Origin: Camelus ferus
Taxonomy: Eukaryota
Assembly (NCBI RefSeq): GCF_009834535.1
Contig: NC_045697.1
Span: 79,858,001 to 79,922,000, forward strand
Length of the DNA stretch: 64,000 bases
Reading direction: 5' to 3'
In this document: positions 1 to 14,399 of the stretch, in pieces
How positions within the stretch are numbered: position 1 is the stretch's first letter
Layout: each line of letters starts with the position of its first letter
The notes under the pieces: generated by a model
The model's database searches: none
What the model saw: the letters and a program-made list of their open reading frames with translations, nothing else
What the model was told of the DNA's origin: nothing
Made by a program: the position numbers and the translations under genes

Positions 1-3000
1 GACCGTAAAATGTCAATTTAAAAGATCTTTGTTTTGGTAATGGGTAGAAGTGTATTTATTTATTTCCTGATGATAAAATAACATTGCAATTAGACATTTG
101 CTGAGCACTTTTCATCTTCCCGCTGGTGTGCAAAATTATAATTTTCTGTAGTTTGATTACTGGGATAATTGTCCTACTTCTCTGCTTCTTTTTTGTAACT
201 AAGAAACACCATGAATCTGCAAGGACCTGTATAATACGCTGCTTCTGCTTCAGTGGTGATAATGTATGACCGAGTTGCCCTTTTTCCTCTTAGGCCATGA
301 GAATTAACTTTCTCTCTGAAATACCATAGTTGAATCTCTGATAATTTTCTGCTCTCCATATACAAGTAGTACTCTCACAGCTCATGACTCACCCCCTGGT
401 CCCTCCCAGCAGTGCACTCCATTTCTCATTTTAATTAACTTCGTCACCCCATAGCTGAACTAAGTAAAAATTTTCCTTCTGTTTTCTTTACCCGTAGGAA
501 TTCACTTGCCCACCTCAATCTAGCTTGGTAAAATATTTAGGTATGTAATGTTGGTTCACTCACAACACTAAATTCTTAGTTATAGTCAAATGTATGATGA
601 TATTGTAAGTTGAGCATGTGTTTTAAACCACCTCCTGCAGAGCACTCGACCACTGATCAGAGACCATACAGGTACTTCTGTTAACATTACATGCATTTTC
701 TCTATGTAAATAACTGTATGATATAGTGATAACTACATGTGTTTACCTAGGAGGAGTTTAGGTTCTTTCTCTAAGCCTATGGGCTTCAGAGTTTTAATGC
801 ATGGTGAGAACAGTGTCCTGTGTGGAACAGCCTAATGCCCTGGTGTCAAGGGATTTGATGAGCTTGCTGTGCCCATAATGACGGACGATTTTCTTCCTGA
901 TACAGGCAATGTCACCATTGCCTAAGACAGAGTAGATTCTAAACATCTAATTACTATTTTTGTGTCCTTAACTCCAATTTGTCATAGATTAGTCTTCTGA
1001 ATCAGATTTAGAAAGCAAATTTGGGTAACTTGTAGAGTGTACCAAGCATAAGCAATTATCACAGAATAGAACAGAACCAGAGGTTTTAATATTTTGTGAA
1101 CAGCTATTCTCAATTGCGTATGTTAACAAGGAAATTAACGATGCTATGAAGGATGGGACAAAGTTTTCTGGAAAAATATTTTTTAACCTTTCCATGTACT
1201 TGTGTATTTAAATGTTAATACACTATATTTGCATCTTAAAGTCACACTAATGTTTAAGACTATAAATTAATAATTTTGTAAACTATTAATTTTACTATTT
1301 TCAATACAAATTTCCTTGTCTTTGTAGGACTTGAAACTTTCCTTTGGGGTGTATGAAGTCTACAAATTAGGCTGGCAACGCTGTCTCATAACTCCTGTTT
1401 GCATTGTTTCTCCCCTTAACCTTGATCCTGTTCAAACTGCAGTGCATATTAATGGCATGTCTAGCTGCCCTAAAGCTTGGCTAAACTCAGTAACTTTCCT
1501 TGCTCTCTCTACCTGCTCTATTTTAATGAATGTCACCCAAGCTCCTGTGATGAGGTGGCTGCAGGCCAGTGACTCAGGCATACAGTTTATTTAGGTATAG
1601 GCTGTTTTCCTGAAATCTGAGTTTCATTCCTTGTGATGCATTTCTGTGTTCCAGTGGTTTATAAAACTTTTGAAGGAGTCCCTCTCCCAATATGTATAGG
1701 TTTCTCCCACTGGAAAGCTGCTAAAAAGCAGGCACATCATTGTAATGCAAAAGTAAAGCAAGGAAGAGTGCAGCTCACTTGGACTTTAAAGGCTGCACAA
1801 GCACCTGTGGCGTATCAGCATATTTTGTAGACTCTCTCAAGTGGGGACCAACCTGCAGGACAGAACACCAAAGGCGCACTTCTGTTGCAACAAGCAGTGT
1901 ATTGTAGCTGAGTATAAAACCTTCTCACATTCCTGCACACTAAAGCGCAGGAGAGTTAAATGGGATCTTTGTGATTGTCCATATCCTGAAGAAGCAGTTT
2001 TTCTCTATGTGAACCCACATGCATTTTCATAGGAGATTCAGGGATAAAAACACAGCTGGGCAAGATATAAGAATGAAATGTATAGACAAGAGCTTTAAGG
2101 GTTCAAAGGCTTCCCCCTCCACTTTCCTCCTTGAGTTCAATTATCATTTAATACCATGAAGTAAACAGGTCAAGAATTTGACCTACCAGAGTAGTAAAGT
2201 TGACCAGGAAAGTGTCTCTACCATATAAAAGAAAAAATAGACTACTACTCTGAGATGTTACAACACTCAGCCCATAAATGCTAATACAACTTGATTAGAG
2301 GGTTTTGTTTTTTTCCTAGTTAGCTCATTTTGAAGTAGGTTCTTCTCTGAGAAAGCTTATCCTTGGAATTCTGTTCCTAAGGCATGATATGTATGTATAT
2401 GTATGTACATATGTATCTATAGTCTATACATCTACATTTTTCAAAGTTTTATTTCCATTTTTATATGTGTTTTGATAATAATAATAATATCTACTTCTCC
2501 CGTCCTGAGTGTTTAATATATTGAAGTTAGAGTGTTACAGTTTTACTGAAGTATGTACTTCAAATGTACTTAAGGGAGGGATCATTTTAATAAGATTTAA
2601 CAAAGGGATGGATCCTTTTCATAAGTGTGTGAAATTGAAAAACAAATTCTGTAAATTAAAAAGTATCGAAATTTAAAGTATAGGATCATTTTGCAGCACT
2701 ACTTTGTACCTTCCAACTCCAGCCTGAGGCATGAAGGCACTGTCTCAGCCAGAAACGGCCCACGAAATAGATGGGCGCCTTTGGGATCCAACATTAGACC
2801 CGATGTGGTTGCAGAGACTGGGCTCAGCTGGATATCACATAATTACCTTATCACCGATGTAAGAAACAGTCAACGCTGGGGTTTTTATTGGGCCATGGGG
2901 AATTTCAGCAGCCATCAATACTTGAGAATCAAGCCATCATCTCTTCTTGGCCAGCATGGTACCCTTCACTGATATTGATCATGGGACCGAGATTCAGTGT

Positions 3001-3434
3001 CAGGAAAAGAAAAATGTGATGAACATACCTTGGAAGTTGTACGACCCACGACCCTCTTCCTGGCAGCCCTCTAGCAAGAGAGAGGCACTAGCGTTTTGAT
3101 CACACAGACAAAATTTAGCCGTAAGTGTTACTCCTCTTTAGTGACAACATGTGAAGGAAAATGAAGTTATACTGTGGGAGTAACATAATTTTCAGTTGTC
3201 TTGAGATACAGGGGAAGGTACAAGGACTTGCTTCTAAATGGTTGGTAAGTGAGACAGGGGAACAGGAGAAGCTTCTTCTGAGGATGATTTCATTGTGAGC
3301 TACCACTGAGTGGAAGTCTGAGGAAGTCTGACCCATTTGTCCTGAAATTAAGGATGAATGGAGGCAGCCAATGGGATGCCAAGAGAAGTAAGAACATATA
3401 GGCTCTATACTTGTTTTTTGCAATTATTTGTTGT

Positions 3435-3870
3435 TTATTTAATTCTCACAGTAAGATAGATATTTTCAACCTCATCTTTTAGGTGAAGAAAATGAGGCTT
3501 AGAATGATGAATTCATTTGTCCCCAAATCTCACAGAAAATAAATCCTTGAGTGAGAGACAGATTCCAGATATCTCATTCCAAAGCCTATGCCTGCTCTCT
3601 AACCCATACTATGACACAATATCCGATTTTGTAATACTTTTAAGTTCAACTGTAGAATAGATAATAGATATGATTTGGGGCCATCCAATCCAAAAAAAGA
3701 ATAAAGGTAAAAATAAATAATCATAGCTAACATTTCCTGAACAAAGCTATGTGTCAGGCACTGTGCTAAGCACATAAGATGTAGCAATGTATTTAATCTG
3801 TCAGCAATACCATGGGGTAGAAATGATTACGACCCCCGTTGTCAAATGGAAAAAGTAAAGTTTAAAAAGG
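3435..3870 (-). mobile_element. Two adjacent MIR fragments
   Basis: MIR core in reverse: ctcatcttttaggtgaagaaaatgaggcttaga; ctatgtgtcaggcactgtgctaagcac..atttaatc. Confidence 0.6.
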
Positions 3871-6059
3871 AAGAAAGAGAAAACTTTGGATAACCTGTAT
3901 CTGTACTTCTCCATCTTATGACGCTAGAGAGAAAAGTATCTGTGATCTGGATTATAGATCACTAAGATACACAAAAATATTTCTAAGATTTCAGGGAACA
4001 AAGCAAAATGCATAGAGGGACCTCTTAAGAGTCATAATGTAGTTTATACTATAGTATAGTAAGGTCTTCAATAATAAGATTAAAGGAAGAAGGAGAATGG
4101 TTAAAATTATCAAGTGCTCAAGTCCGACTCACATCTCCAGCAATCAAAATAGCTTCACAGCAGATGTCTAAGTCCTGCACGTCTTCCACAGGAATCTGTT
4201 GTAAGAGTGGAGGACAGATGAGTTAGGTCTCATAGATCCAAAATATCAAATGGTTGGTTAATTGGAAGTCAGCTTATCAAACTGCAGCTGGAGATAGTTC
4301 TCAAATTTCTTGAAAGTTAGTTTTTTCACTGGGCCACAGGGAGCACCCAAACATAAATACAAAGCAAACTGGAAAAGGAAGGCCACTGAGGTATTGTTGA
4401 CTCCAGACGCAAAAAGGTGGGCAGCACAAGGAGGTCTTTGAGTGCCATTTCTGCTTTGCTGAATGGTGAGGTCAAGGATCTGTATGATATCTTTCTAACA
4501 TAGAGAGATCGATCCTCCCTTATCTTACTGTGGGATATTAATAAACTGAACTATTTTGGGTTCCAGAGCCAAGAGAAGGAAACTTAGCAGAAATGGTTTT
4601 TAACATTTGATCCCCAAAGCGGCTAAAATCGAACGTTATTAAAATAGAACGAACATATTTCAGTAAAATTGACATTTTAAAAATGTCAGTGGTTAACGGA
4701 GGCTAGATTTATACTTATCGATGATTCTTTTTTAGGAAGAATTTCCATAACATGCTTCTTAGTCAACCAAATAGAACATGACCTATGTGTTTATTGAAAT
4801 TTGACAAAATCTGATTAGTATCTTGCAGTAGAGTCCTTTGAGTTATCAAAATATGAAGTCAGAAATAAATGTTATTACCATAGGCATTTAGAAATTGGAA
4901 AATTTCAAACTTCCGAAGTGTCATAAAAAAAGAAGGCAAGAATTTGAATTTTTATGGTGCTCCTTTTTACAAAATGCACATTTACCGCAGTTAACATATA
5001 TCTGAGTCACTGATGTCTACTAGTGGTTAAAATTGTAGAATTCCACCTAATCACTTTAATTAGTTGTTTTTTATGAATGAAAGTAGGAAATGCACATCTT
5101 TTCTATGAGTACTTACTGTACATTGATTCATGAATTTGCTATATTATTGGTTGTTGTTGTTTACAAAAGGTTAGTGTTTGCATTAAAGGTAAGACATGTT
5201 AGAAGTAAGGATACATGTGAAGAAATAAAGAGAAACAGTGGAGAAGAGGAGGAGGAAGTGAGTGGCACAGACTGGAGGCAGTGTCAGAGAAGGTCTTGGC
5301 CGCAGAGAGGTAATGGCTGTGAAGAGGGTTAGATGTGACAGTAAGTGCAGGAATCTATTGATGACCTATTATTATCAATTTTAAAAAGAGCCTATAATGC
5401 AAGAGCAGAGAGCAGCTGTACAGGTGGAAAGAATGGAAGGAAAAGAGGTTTCTACCACACAGAATACCTTGGAGGCCCATGATGTCCAACCTGCAGAGCT
5501 GTGTGTGTGTGTGTGTAGACATCTATTGTCAGAGTAATCTATTTTACCTCTAGAGAACAATCACTGCATTTGTCTGGCATTAGCAGTGATTCCTCTCTGT
5601 GGAGTTTAGGTGTGGATGAAATATCCATGGTGTGATCAATTGTCTTAAAACCATCTTCTGGCTTGTGGCTACCAACACTCTTGTGGTCATTTGTATTTTT
5701 GGTCTTTTCACCGTCCTCACATTCAGATGATTACCAGTAGGTTCAGTGCCTAGACCATTTCACTACAAAATCAAACATCTGAAAAAATAATCACATAGGA
5801 GCTGACAGAATAGTAATGTGAACAAAACTAAGGAGCATTTCCTGATAATTGAATAGATAGCTGCAGACTGCCAGTTCTCAGAGATTTCTTGGAGCATTTC
5901 TGTGTGTATATCAGACATATTACACATTTGTCTCTTTTTATTTAAGTGATATGTTTGGGCCTGGCATATAGTGCTGAATAAATATGGAATGAATGAAATA
6001 AATGTTTGCAGAGCAATCTTATTTTAAATGTGTTAGGGAAGAACTTTATTTTTTATATA

Positions 6060-6790
6060 TTCGGTAATTAAATATGGGTGTCTGCTATATTAGAGGCATT
6101 ATCAGAAGCACTAGAGACAAACAGAAAAAGAAAATATGAAGAGCTCATACTCTAGTGAAGGAAACAGGCACAAAAAGAGCTGATTACAGACAGTGCAGTG
6201 TAGCTGTCGCTGTGATGACTCCATGTTCACAATAGGCCCTTAATCCTGGCCAGGCAGGGCTTCCAAGAGAAGTCTTGTCAATACACAGGGAGACAGGGAG
6301 GTGGTCCCGATGGAGTATTAGTTGTTTATAAAACTCCAGAAGAAATTACAAGCGAACAGGTTAAGATGAGGGAGGGAGGGGGTTAGATCCCGCAGGACTC
6401 TGTATACTGCAGTAAAGATTTTCCCTTTTATCCTGAAGATTATAAGAAGTGCCCTGAACAGGTTTAAGCTTTGAAAGATCACTCTGGCTGTGGTGTACAG
6501 AATGGATTGGAATAGAGCAGGACTAGAAAGAGGAAACTCTTTATGAGATGGTTATGCTCAATCAACAGAGAATTAATTCCTGACCTAACAGAGTGGCAAA
6601 GGGATGGAAAAAAGTTGACCCCTCAGGACTGGGTGTAAGAAAAGGGAATATCAAAAACATCAGCATTTCCAGTTTAAGCAGCAAGGTGTGTAGGGGCGCT
6701 TGTTGGTGAGAAGACAAGGTGAGGAGCAGGTTTCGGGAGGACAGTAGCTCAGGGGAGAGATTCTTTATTGACCTGGAAAAGCTCTGAGAC
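6060..6790 (-). mobile_element. LINE-2 fragment
   Basis: Degenerate L2 motifs (gagctcatactctagtg, ttttatcctgaag, tttgaaagatcactctggctgtggtg). Confidence 0.6.
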
Positions 6791-7119
6791 GGTTTAAATG
6801 CCAGCTCTAAAGATCTAGTAGAAAGGAAAAACATTTCTATTAAAAAGATTTTAAAAATAACTCCTCTTAAAAGGAAAATTCTTAAGTTTTAGAAACAGGT
6901 CTGTATTTTCTTATCATATTTACGTTCCTTCCCTTCTTATCTTCTGCAGAGAAGATACATGATACATTGACCTCATAGAGTGATTTATAAACTTATAACT
7001 CTAAAGATTATACACATACAAACATTAGCATGAGTCTATTTACTGTAGTTCATTATTATACGCATGAGAATAAATTTCAAGATGGCCACAGACAGTGCTC
7101 TGTCAAGTATTCATTTCTT

Positions 7120-7219
7120 CTTCTTTTTCTTTTAATGTAGGTACTGGGGATTGAACCCAGGACCTCATGCATGCTAAGCATGTGCTCTACCACTGAGTTA
7201 TACCAGCTCCTCCTCCCCA
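7120..7219 (-). mobile_element. tRNA-Ala-derived SINE (camelid vic-1-like), short form
   Basis: Reverse complement reads ..aactcagtggtagagcacatgcttagcatgcatgaggtcctgggttcaatccccagtacc (Pol III A/B boxes); perfect 12-bp TSD tattcatttctt at 7108-7119 and 7220-7231. Confidence 0.9.
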
Positions 7220-7994
7220 TATTCATTTCTTAACAACATATGGCGAATAACATTGTAGCTTGCAGGACATAAGACCACACTGACACAATTTTGGAAAAAC
7301 TGAATTAATGATATTAATTTTATGTTTTTATTTTTATATTCCCATGGTTTTTGATTGCCTGTAAAATTATTGTTGTCAAAAAAAAAAAAAAGTAGAGGAC
7401 AATTAAAAACTTTTCAAAATTCTCCCATTTTCCAGGGAGAACAAGTGACATAGAATCAGGATATTTATTCCAATATGAATAATATGTGAAAGATTATAAA
7501 CATTTACACCTTAAGGTGCACAGAATAAATTTGCTCTAGAGAGATCTTGAAATACAGCCCTAATTAATTATCAGTTGGACAATAAAGTTCAGGTTCTTTC
7601 TGGTACTCCAAGTGTTCACAGTCTTCGAAATAAGCTGAATTTAGCCTATCATTTTATAATTGCAGTTCATTAATTCTTGATTAAATGCACACTCAACATG
7701 CAGCTTTTAAAATACTAGTGATACCATATTTTACAATCAGTCCCTGAGGTAAGTACAGCACACCTGGATGAACCTACTTGATTCAGTGTTTTAACACAGT
7801 GCAAGGAAATCAGTTACCATCCTCATAATATATCAGTTTAACGGTAATTTTGATAAATACTCATATCTGTTCCAGTTTGAACCAGTATTAGATATTTATT
7901 TTGAACTTGAATTTGTTCTTGAGTGATCAATGCCTGTCTATAGCCTGGCAGTGTATTTTAAATGTCTGTGTCTCCTGCTTCATTGCAAATGATC

Positions 7995-8040
7995 TGTGTG
8001 TGTGTGTGTGTGTGTGTATGTGTGTATGTGTACCTGTGTG
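7995..8040. repeat. (TG)n microsatellite, imperfect 3' half
   Basis: Direct reading. Confidence 0.9.
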
Positions 8041-10627
8041 CATTTATTTTGTTTGGAAAATATTATTTTAAAATAATTTGAGACCAACAGATTAAAATAT
8101 CTGATTACACTGAACTAGACTCTGTTTTACAACTGAAGACATTCTTTCAGTAATGACAAATGTATCAAAACACTTAAACCCTTATATTATATGTCATAAC
8201 CCAAAAAGTTAATAAACAGTGGCTATTTTTCTAGAACCTCTAGGGTGACTGTACTAACTGAGAATATAAATGCATGTAGCTTAATGCCTGTGAACCATCA
8301 AAGGGAAACATTGTCCAGATACTGAGTGAAGTGGGAATTGAGCAGTATGGTAGGGATAAGTGAATTTTTATTTGCTGGTCTCAGTCATGGATAATTCATT
8401 TGAGCTTAGGAGTGGGGTTTCCAATATGCTTAATTGTCAGACATTATTTGGAGAGATTGATCATAAATTCTCATTAGGACAGCACTTCGGTTTATCTTGT
8501 CCTAAAGCTCAAGTCCCATGTCTCACCGCTGTGGCATGTGAGAGACCTCTTTGATAGATATGTCTAGACAATTGTGGCATCAACATACAGAGCAGAGCTG
8601 GTCAGCTTTCTCCTCAGCCACTGAGAACGTTGCCCCTTCAAGCACTAGACTTTCCCCATTAACTGAGCTACAGTTGCACCATGCACCATTCATTCATTGG
8701 AAAATCACCTTGACAGAGTACTTTTCAGATTGCCTCTATCAGCTGTCTTCCTCCTTTACAGATGGAAACTTACAAGGAATGTCAGTGAACTAAAACACTG
8801 ACTTACGTTTCAAAACGTAACTCTTAAAGCCAGATTGTAATGGCGCCCCCTTCCTGCTTTTTGACTTTCATCACTTGACCCTCTCTATAAACAAAGCTTG
8901 TCCGGAACCCCTGCTTTAGTAGTGAACCTTTTTCTGAGTATTTTGTACACACATATTTTTCTTCAGAAAAATTGGGAGTGCACAATGGCTAAATTGTTTT
9001 ATTCTTGTTGTGTTTCAAAATCCAGTTTAACACGACAGCATAGAATTAGTCAAATGGCCCTTTAGGCTGGCTTTGCACTCCCTCCACTTCTTATCTCACA
9101 GTCTCTTTAATGTCAGGCAACGACATTTATCGAGGGCCCACTTTGTGGTGGGCCTTGTGTGGAGGAGCCTCCAGAAAAGTTGTTAGCACTGTTTACTGAA
9201 GAATGTCCTCTTTTATATACTAGAAGTCAAGAGACAGCAGTCTGCAAGTGGAAATAATAGCTGGCAGGAACGTAAAATTAAATTGGCTAATTGATGTTTG
9301 CGGGCACATAAATAGCCTGGCAGTATTCACTTCAGTTAATTTGTGTACTGCATAAACAGTAAAACTCCTTTGTACTGACCTCAAGTGGGAAAGTTATGCG
9401 TTAATATAGGGAATCGAGTGTAGATCTATAAATTATGCAGCAATTGTCCTGATCGATCAATTATATAACAGATCCAACTAGTGAAAATCATTACATATTT
9501 AACTTTAGCCAAAGAAATGATATTGAATGTACCCAGACAAGGGGGAAAATAACATGCCGCCTCAGTTGTTGCATAAAATGTTCCAGTTGTATTTCCACAG
9601 GTCAGTGGTTCCCAAAGTTAGAAGAACTTGTCCTTGGTTTCATGTGGTTGGGCATGGAGAATTTTGCACACAATTGGAGTAATGAAATATGACTCTAATC
9701 AGATAAATACATTTGACCAAAACAATCAGTCTTCAATTATGGTTACCATGGTGAAAAAAAAAGAGGGAGACGGTTTGTAATCTAAGCAGATTTCTAAATT
9801 CAGCAAATGTAACATAAATCTTACATATTAGTAATGATCTGCAAAATACAAAGTGCTAACTAAATATCATGTTAGGACAATTTATTTTGCACATGCATAG
9901 TTTAGGTTGAGAGAGACTCTACACTGATTTTTAAAAATATGTGTGATAGATATTCTTGAATAACCCTTACAACTTGGAAGAGAGGGAAAATTTAATTTCC
10001 ATGATTCTGAGTGAAACTTTTTTTCTGATGTGCCACTTTAAAGACTTCTGGCAAAATATTTTTTTTTAAGTATGTTTAATATGATAGCACTTGCCCTTTA
10101 AGAACACATTTTTAGTCTGAGGAAGAATAAAACCCCTACTAGCTTATGCAGTTGGTTTGCAAAATCTTGTTCTACAAGGTCCTATAAAGCTGTCTTACTA
10201 TGTCAGTTTTGGTGAGCGAGCTCATTCCAGGTGAAGGTTGTTTTACAAATTATGAGGTGTAGAAAACTGGCAGGGTGTGGTTTCCAAAATGTTTCCAGGT
10301 TTGCAGTGGGGCTAGTATTCAGGAATGGTGGAGTCAGAGCAAAAGAGGCCTCATCTTGAAAAGAGCTCCTGGTTACCAACCTAGAGATTTTCATATTTCA
10401 CACTGTGGTCCTTTCATCTTCCCTCATGAGTCTCCCAGGGAAATGCTACTGAACATAGTCAGCTCATAGAACCAGAGATGCATGATGTGCAGATGCTGAG
10501 TAGTTCTAATCTTTTTTTTTTTTTTTTTTTTTGCTTTTCATGCTAATGAACTAAATAGATGGTTAGCTTCAACTACCACCTTGTGTTAGATGTATGTTTA
10601 TGTTAACAGTTCTGTTTCATAGAAGTA

Positions 10628-10790
10628 AAGAACTTCAGAGCTGGAAGGAATATAGAAATCATCCAGTCTCATCCCCTTATTTTAAAAAAGAGAAAATGAA
10701 AGCCCAGACTTGGTGGAGGCACACAGATCCACCCAGGTAAATTAGTGGTAGAACCAAAATCTGGGATTCATTACTCCTCTCTTAGAGATC
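10628..10790 (-). mobile_element. MIR3-like SINE
   Basis: agagctggaaggaatatagaaatcatccagtctcatcccctta..gaaaatgaaagcccaga..ggtaaattagtggtagaacc. Confidence 0.6.
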
Positions 10791-13700
10791 TTTTTACGCC
10801 TCTGCAGGACCTGTGATCTAACTCTTCAGGTTAAATTATAGAACTGAGGCAGTTATTTCTTCTCCAAGGTGTTAGTTTTCTGATGTTTCTGTAATCATTG
10901 CTTCTTCTTAAAACTGTAGTGGATGGTTTTCAGATTTGCTGTCATAGGGACTTCAGCCTCTACTTTCAGATTACAGCTGAGATAGAGCTAGCTTTTGCTT
11001 TCAGTCCTTAATCACCTCTCTCTTTTGATGGATTTGAAACAGCAATACAGATGAAATAATAACAGTAAAATTGCCTGGGAATTTAAGAAGATATTGCAAA
11101 TATGTCACATCGTGGAGGTTTTGAATTTCACTTTCTAACTCATGCACCACATTCAAGTGTCCTGCTCTAAGTGTGGCCAAACATGCAAATATTTGCTTTC
11201 TGAGTAATTTGCCCTAATGACTTTGAAGCATTTTTGAGAAACAGTGGTGACATTGTTCTGCCCAGGCAGAAAGCATATCCCTTGCCATGTCCACAGAGAT
11301 TCCAGTAGTCTGCTGGCACATTATTAAGGCATGGGTGCTGCACAGTATTTGCTAACCTTGCCTTCTAGGCAACACAATGTTAGGTATATAGGTTGTCAGG
11401 TCATCCAAGCCTTTGTGACAAACCTGCCTGGTGGCCACTCTTATTTCTTAGTGAAGCACTAGGAGTCAAACTGGAAAGGTCTTACCTTCTGAAGTAATGC
11501 CCTCTTCGGTGGACCCCTCTCACCCTTAGTTTTGATCAGGCTGAAAGCATCAGATCATTGGCAAAGTTTGGAGACATCACAAATGCGAAAACTTCATTGG
11601 AAGTTCTGTTTTCATGGCTATAGTATCTTCTAGTCTACAGTTTAAATCTGTTTAGCCAGCAAAGAGAAAATTTCAGCAGTCACAGGAACAGCAGCGGTGT
11701 GTACCTGTCTTTCCTTTGCGCATTCTTGTTTAGGCATTCAACTTTAGCAGTGGTACCACTATGGGAAGTGTTTTGGGCAGCACTAATAATAGCAACATGG
11801 ATGTGATAGTAAACAAGCATGAATTTTCTCTATTAGGGAACGAATGAGAAGATTTTCCTGGGATGAAGAAAAGAGAGAAGGGTAGACGAAGACTAATTGC
11901 TCATCATTTAGAACAAGTGTCTTTTAAGACTTGTCAACATGTTTCTTGTTTGGTTCATAATTCAGTGTACTTTATAAACGTTTTTTTTTCTTTTGTAGCA
12001 AAGCACTACAAATTCCTTTCTAGGAAAATTCACCCCAAACAGGGTTAATATGTTTTCAAAGGCTTAAAGTTTATTGCAATCTGGAAATAAATGGAAAGAT
12101 CTGTCCTGCTTAAAATGTTTATAATGATCAAATCTGTTACTGTTAATGTGTAAAAGAAGAAGTTTAGGGCAATGAAGTCCAGTTAAACATTGATGGTATG
12201 AATCGTGCGCCCATCTGTGGCTGCCTTTTATTCATTTACTTAACAAACATTTAATCCTATTGTGTGTATTTCACCTCAGTGAGAAGGTCAGTGAGAGAGA
12301 TGAGGCATTCTGTGTAAAAAGAGTACAAGTTGATAGTGGTGCCAACTTCATTCGAAAAGATAGAACAAATTAAGAGACTAACATAGGGGTAATTAAGACT
12401 TTCAGGGGAAAGTGAATTTTAGGAGGAGCTTTGAAAAAGACAATGGACATGTACTGATGGAGGAAGGGAGGGGCATGCTTGGCTGAAAGAGAAGCAAAAT
12501 CGACGGCACAGTGGTAGAATGGGTCACGTATTAACGAGACAGAAACATGCCAGGAAACAATTCATGCTGTTAAAGCACTGTAAAATTAGTTATCAAGCAC
12601 CTAGGAATATCATTCCCTAATCCGGAGTAGTTAGGTATTCCTTTTACGTGTGTAAGTACAGACTTTCAGATCTCAGCTCAATGAGGGGAGGAGGCTAGAG
12701 AGAAATTTTAGGGTTCACTTCCAGTTTTTAAGTTGCATGATTCTACATGTAAAGACTGCTGAATATTAAATTTCTTGTTTTAAAAATAGTCAGCTAACTG
12801 ATTCTAAAGGTGGGGGGAAAGGTGCCCCTCTTTCAACAGCTGCCAAAATCTTGGTTTATATTTTGAATGAAAGAGTTCATATATATTCAAGAAGAAGCAG
12901 CCATTGTTAAGGCTTTGTAAGGCATTGTAAGGCTTTAAGAACCTTCTTCTAGAGAAGATAGAACAATTAAAAACACATCCTCTTAGAAAAGTTTATAACC
13001 ACATCATTAAACATCATAGCTTACTTAATTCGGACAGTACGTGGTTCAAGTATGTGAAACATTTGATGAGAATTACCATATTATGCAAAATCATTACCTT
13101 AGTCTATATAAGAATAATTCAGGCAACATAGAAGGCTTTGCTAGAGACATCTCAGCTGCCAGTCTAATCTCATTACGCTATTGAAGCTCCATCGTTTTGA
13201 ATACTTTCACCCCAACCTTTAACATTTAAAATGTTTAGGTTATGCTCCTCTTTAACATGAATGGAGAAGTTATGTTCACACCCTGCCCCCCATGTTGTCC
13301 TAATATTGTAGGTTCAGTCAGTACATTTCTAAAAAGAGGTTTAAATGATGCTTTCACCTATAGCTGAAAGGTAAAAAATATTTCCACTGAATGCTGATAA
13401 TGCCTTTCAGAAATTGGAGTTTAGGGCTCTAGTATTAAGTAACATCCCCTAAGCTCATAAACTCTGGGATAAAGGGTTATTCAAACAGGATTGGTAAAAA
13501 AGCAACATGGGGGTCCTTACAGAAATCAAGCAAACATGATTTAAGTTCATAGGGCTTTGGGCAGCAATACAGAGTGATAGACTATTACAGGAATGCTGTT
13601 TTTAATGAAAAAAATGACAAAGCATTTCTAGTTTTTTCAAAAAGTGACAAATTGGAAAGGTGAGTTCTAGTCTATCAAATGTAATGTGGTTAATTTCTAA

Positions 13701-14399
13701 GTATCTTCCACTTCCTATTTTCCCCAAATGATTGATTTCAATTCAGTACACTTCATAAATATTTAGCATTTAATACAGAACATGTAGATGGGTGATACAG
13801 AAAATCTAAGTCTGGATCCTACCAGTGAATAGTTTAAAACCTATCTAGCAGAGAAGATATGCACACACAAAAGAAATAACCAATGAGGAACGACAGCACT
13901 GTTAAAATAATTCTATACATAATGTTACAGGGGAAACCCTGAAGTGGGGGGAATGAAGTTCAACCCATTATGGTCTATAACAAAGTCTTGATTTTTTTCA
14001 AAAATCTACCATATATTTGCTGTGCTCACCTCATGGGAAATAATTTCCTTCAAAAATCTGTAATATGGTTTCAAAGCTAGTATGTATGGTGTTGAAAGTC
14101 ATTATTTTTTTTTTAATAGAGCTGAGGGAAACATTGTCAAAATAATAAAAAGTAACAAGAATTATAAATGAAGCCAAGTGCTTGTTCTCATTGGAACCAT
14201 CATGAATAATGAAAAACTATGGATAATTTATAAAATTTAAAACATCCATATCAGTGTAAAATGAACCATTTTGAGTGATGTATTTCCAATGAGTTTTAAA
14301 CGCTGCAAGGATGGCTAATTTTTTTCTGCAAATGATTATGAAAAAAGAATAACGAATAATGTATGTAAGCCAAGTGGATGCTTCTTGGTTTAAGCAATT

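Noticed and set aside
7666..7754. Strong donor GAG|gtaagt at 7749
   Set aside because: Nearby acceptors give a stop-containing or non-triplet (8-nt) exon; no supportable coding exon.
13591..13665. 69-nt candidate exon ending AAG|gtgagt
   Set aside because: Weak pyrimidine tract and an in-frame TAA at codon 5.
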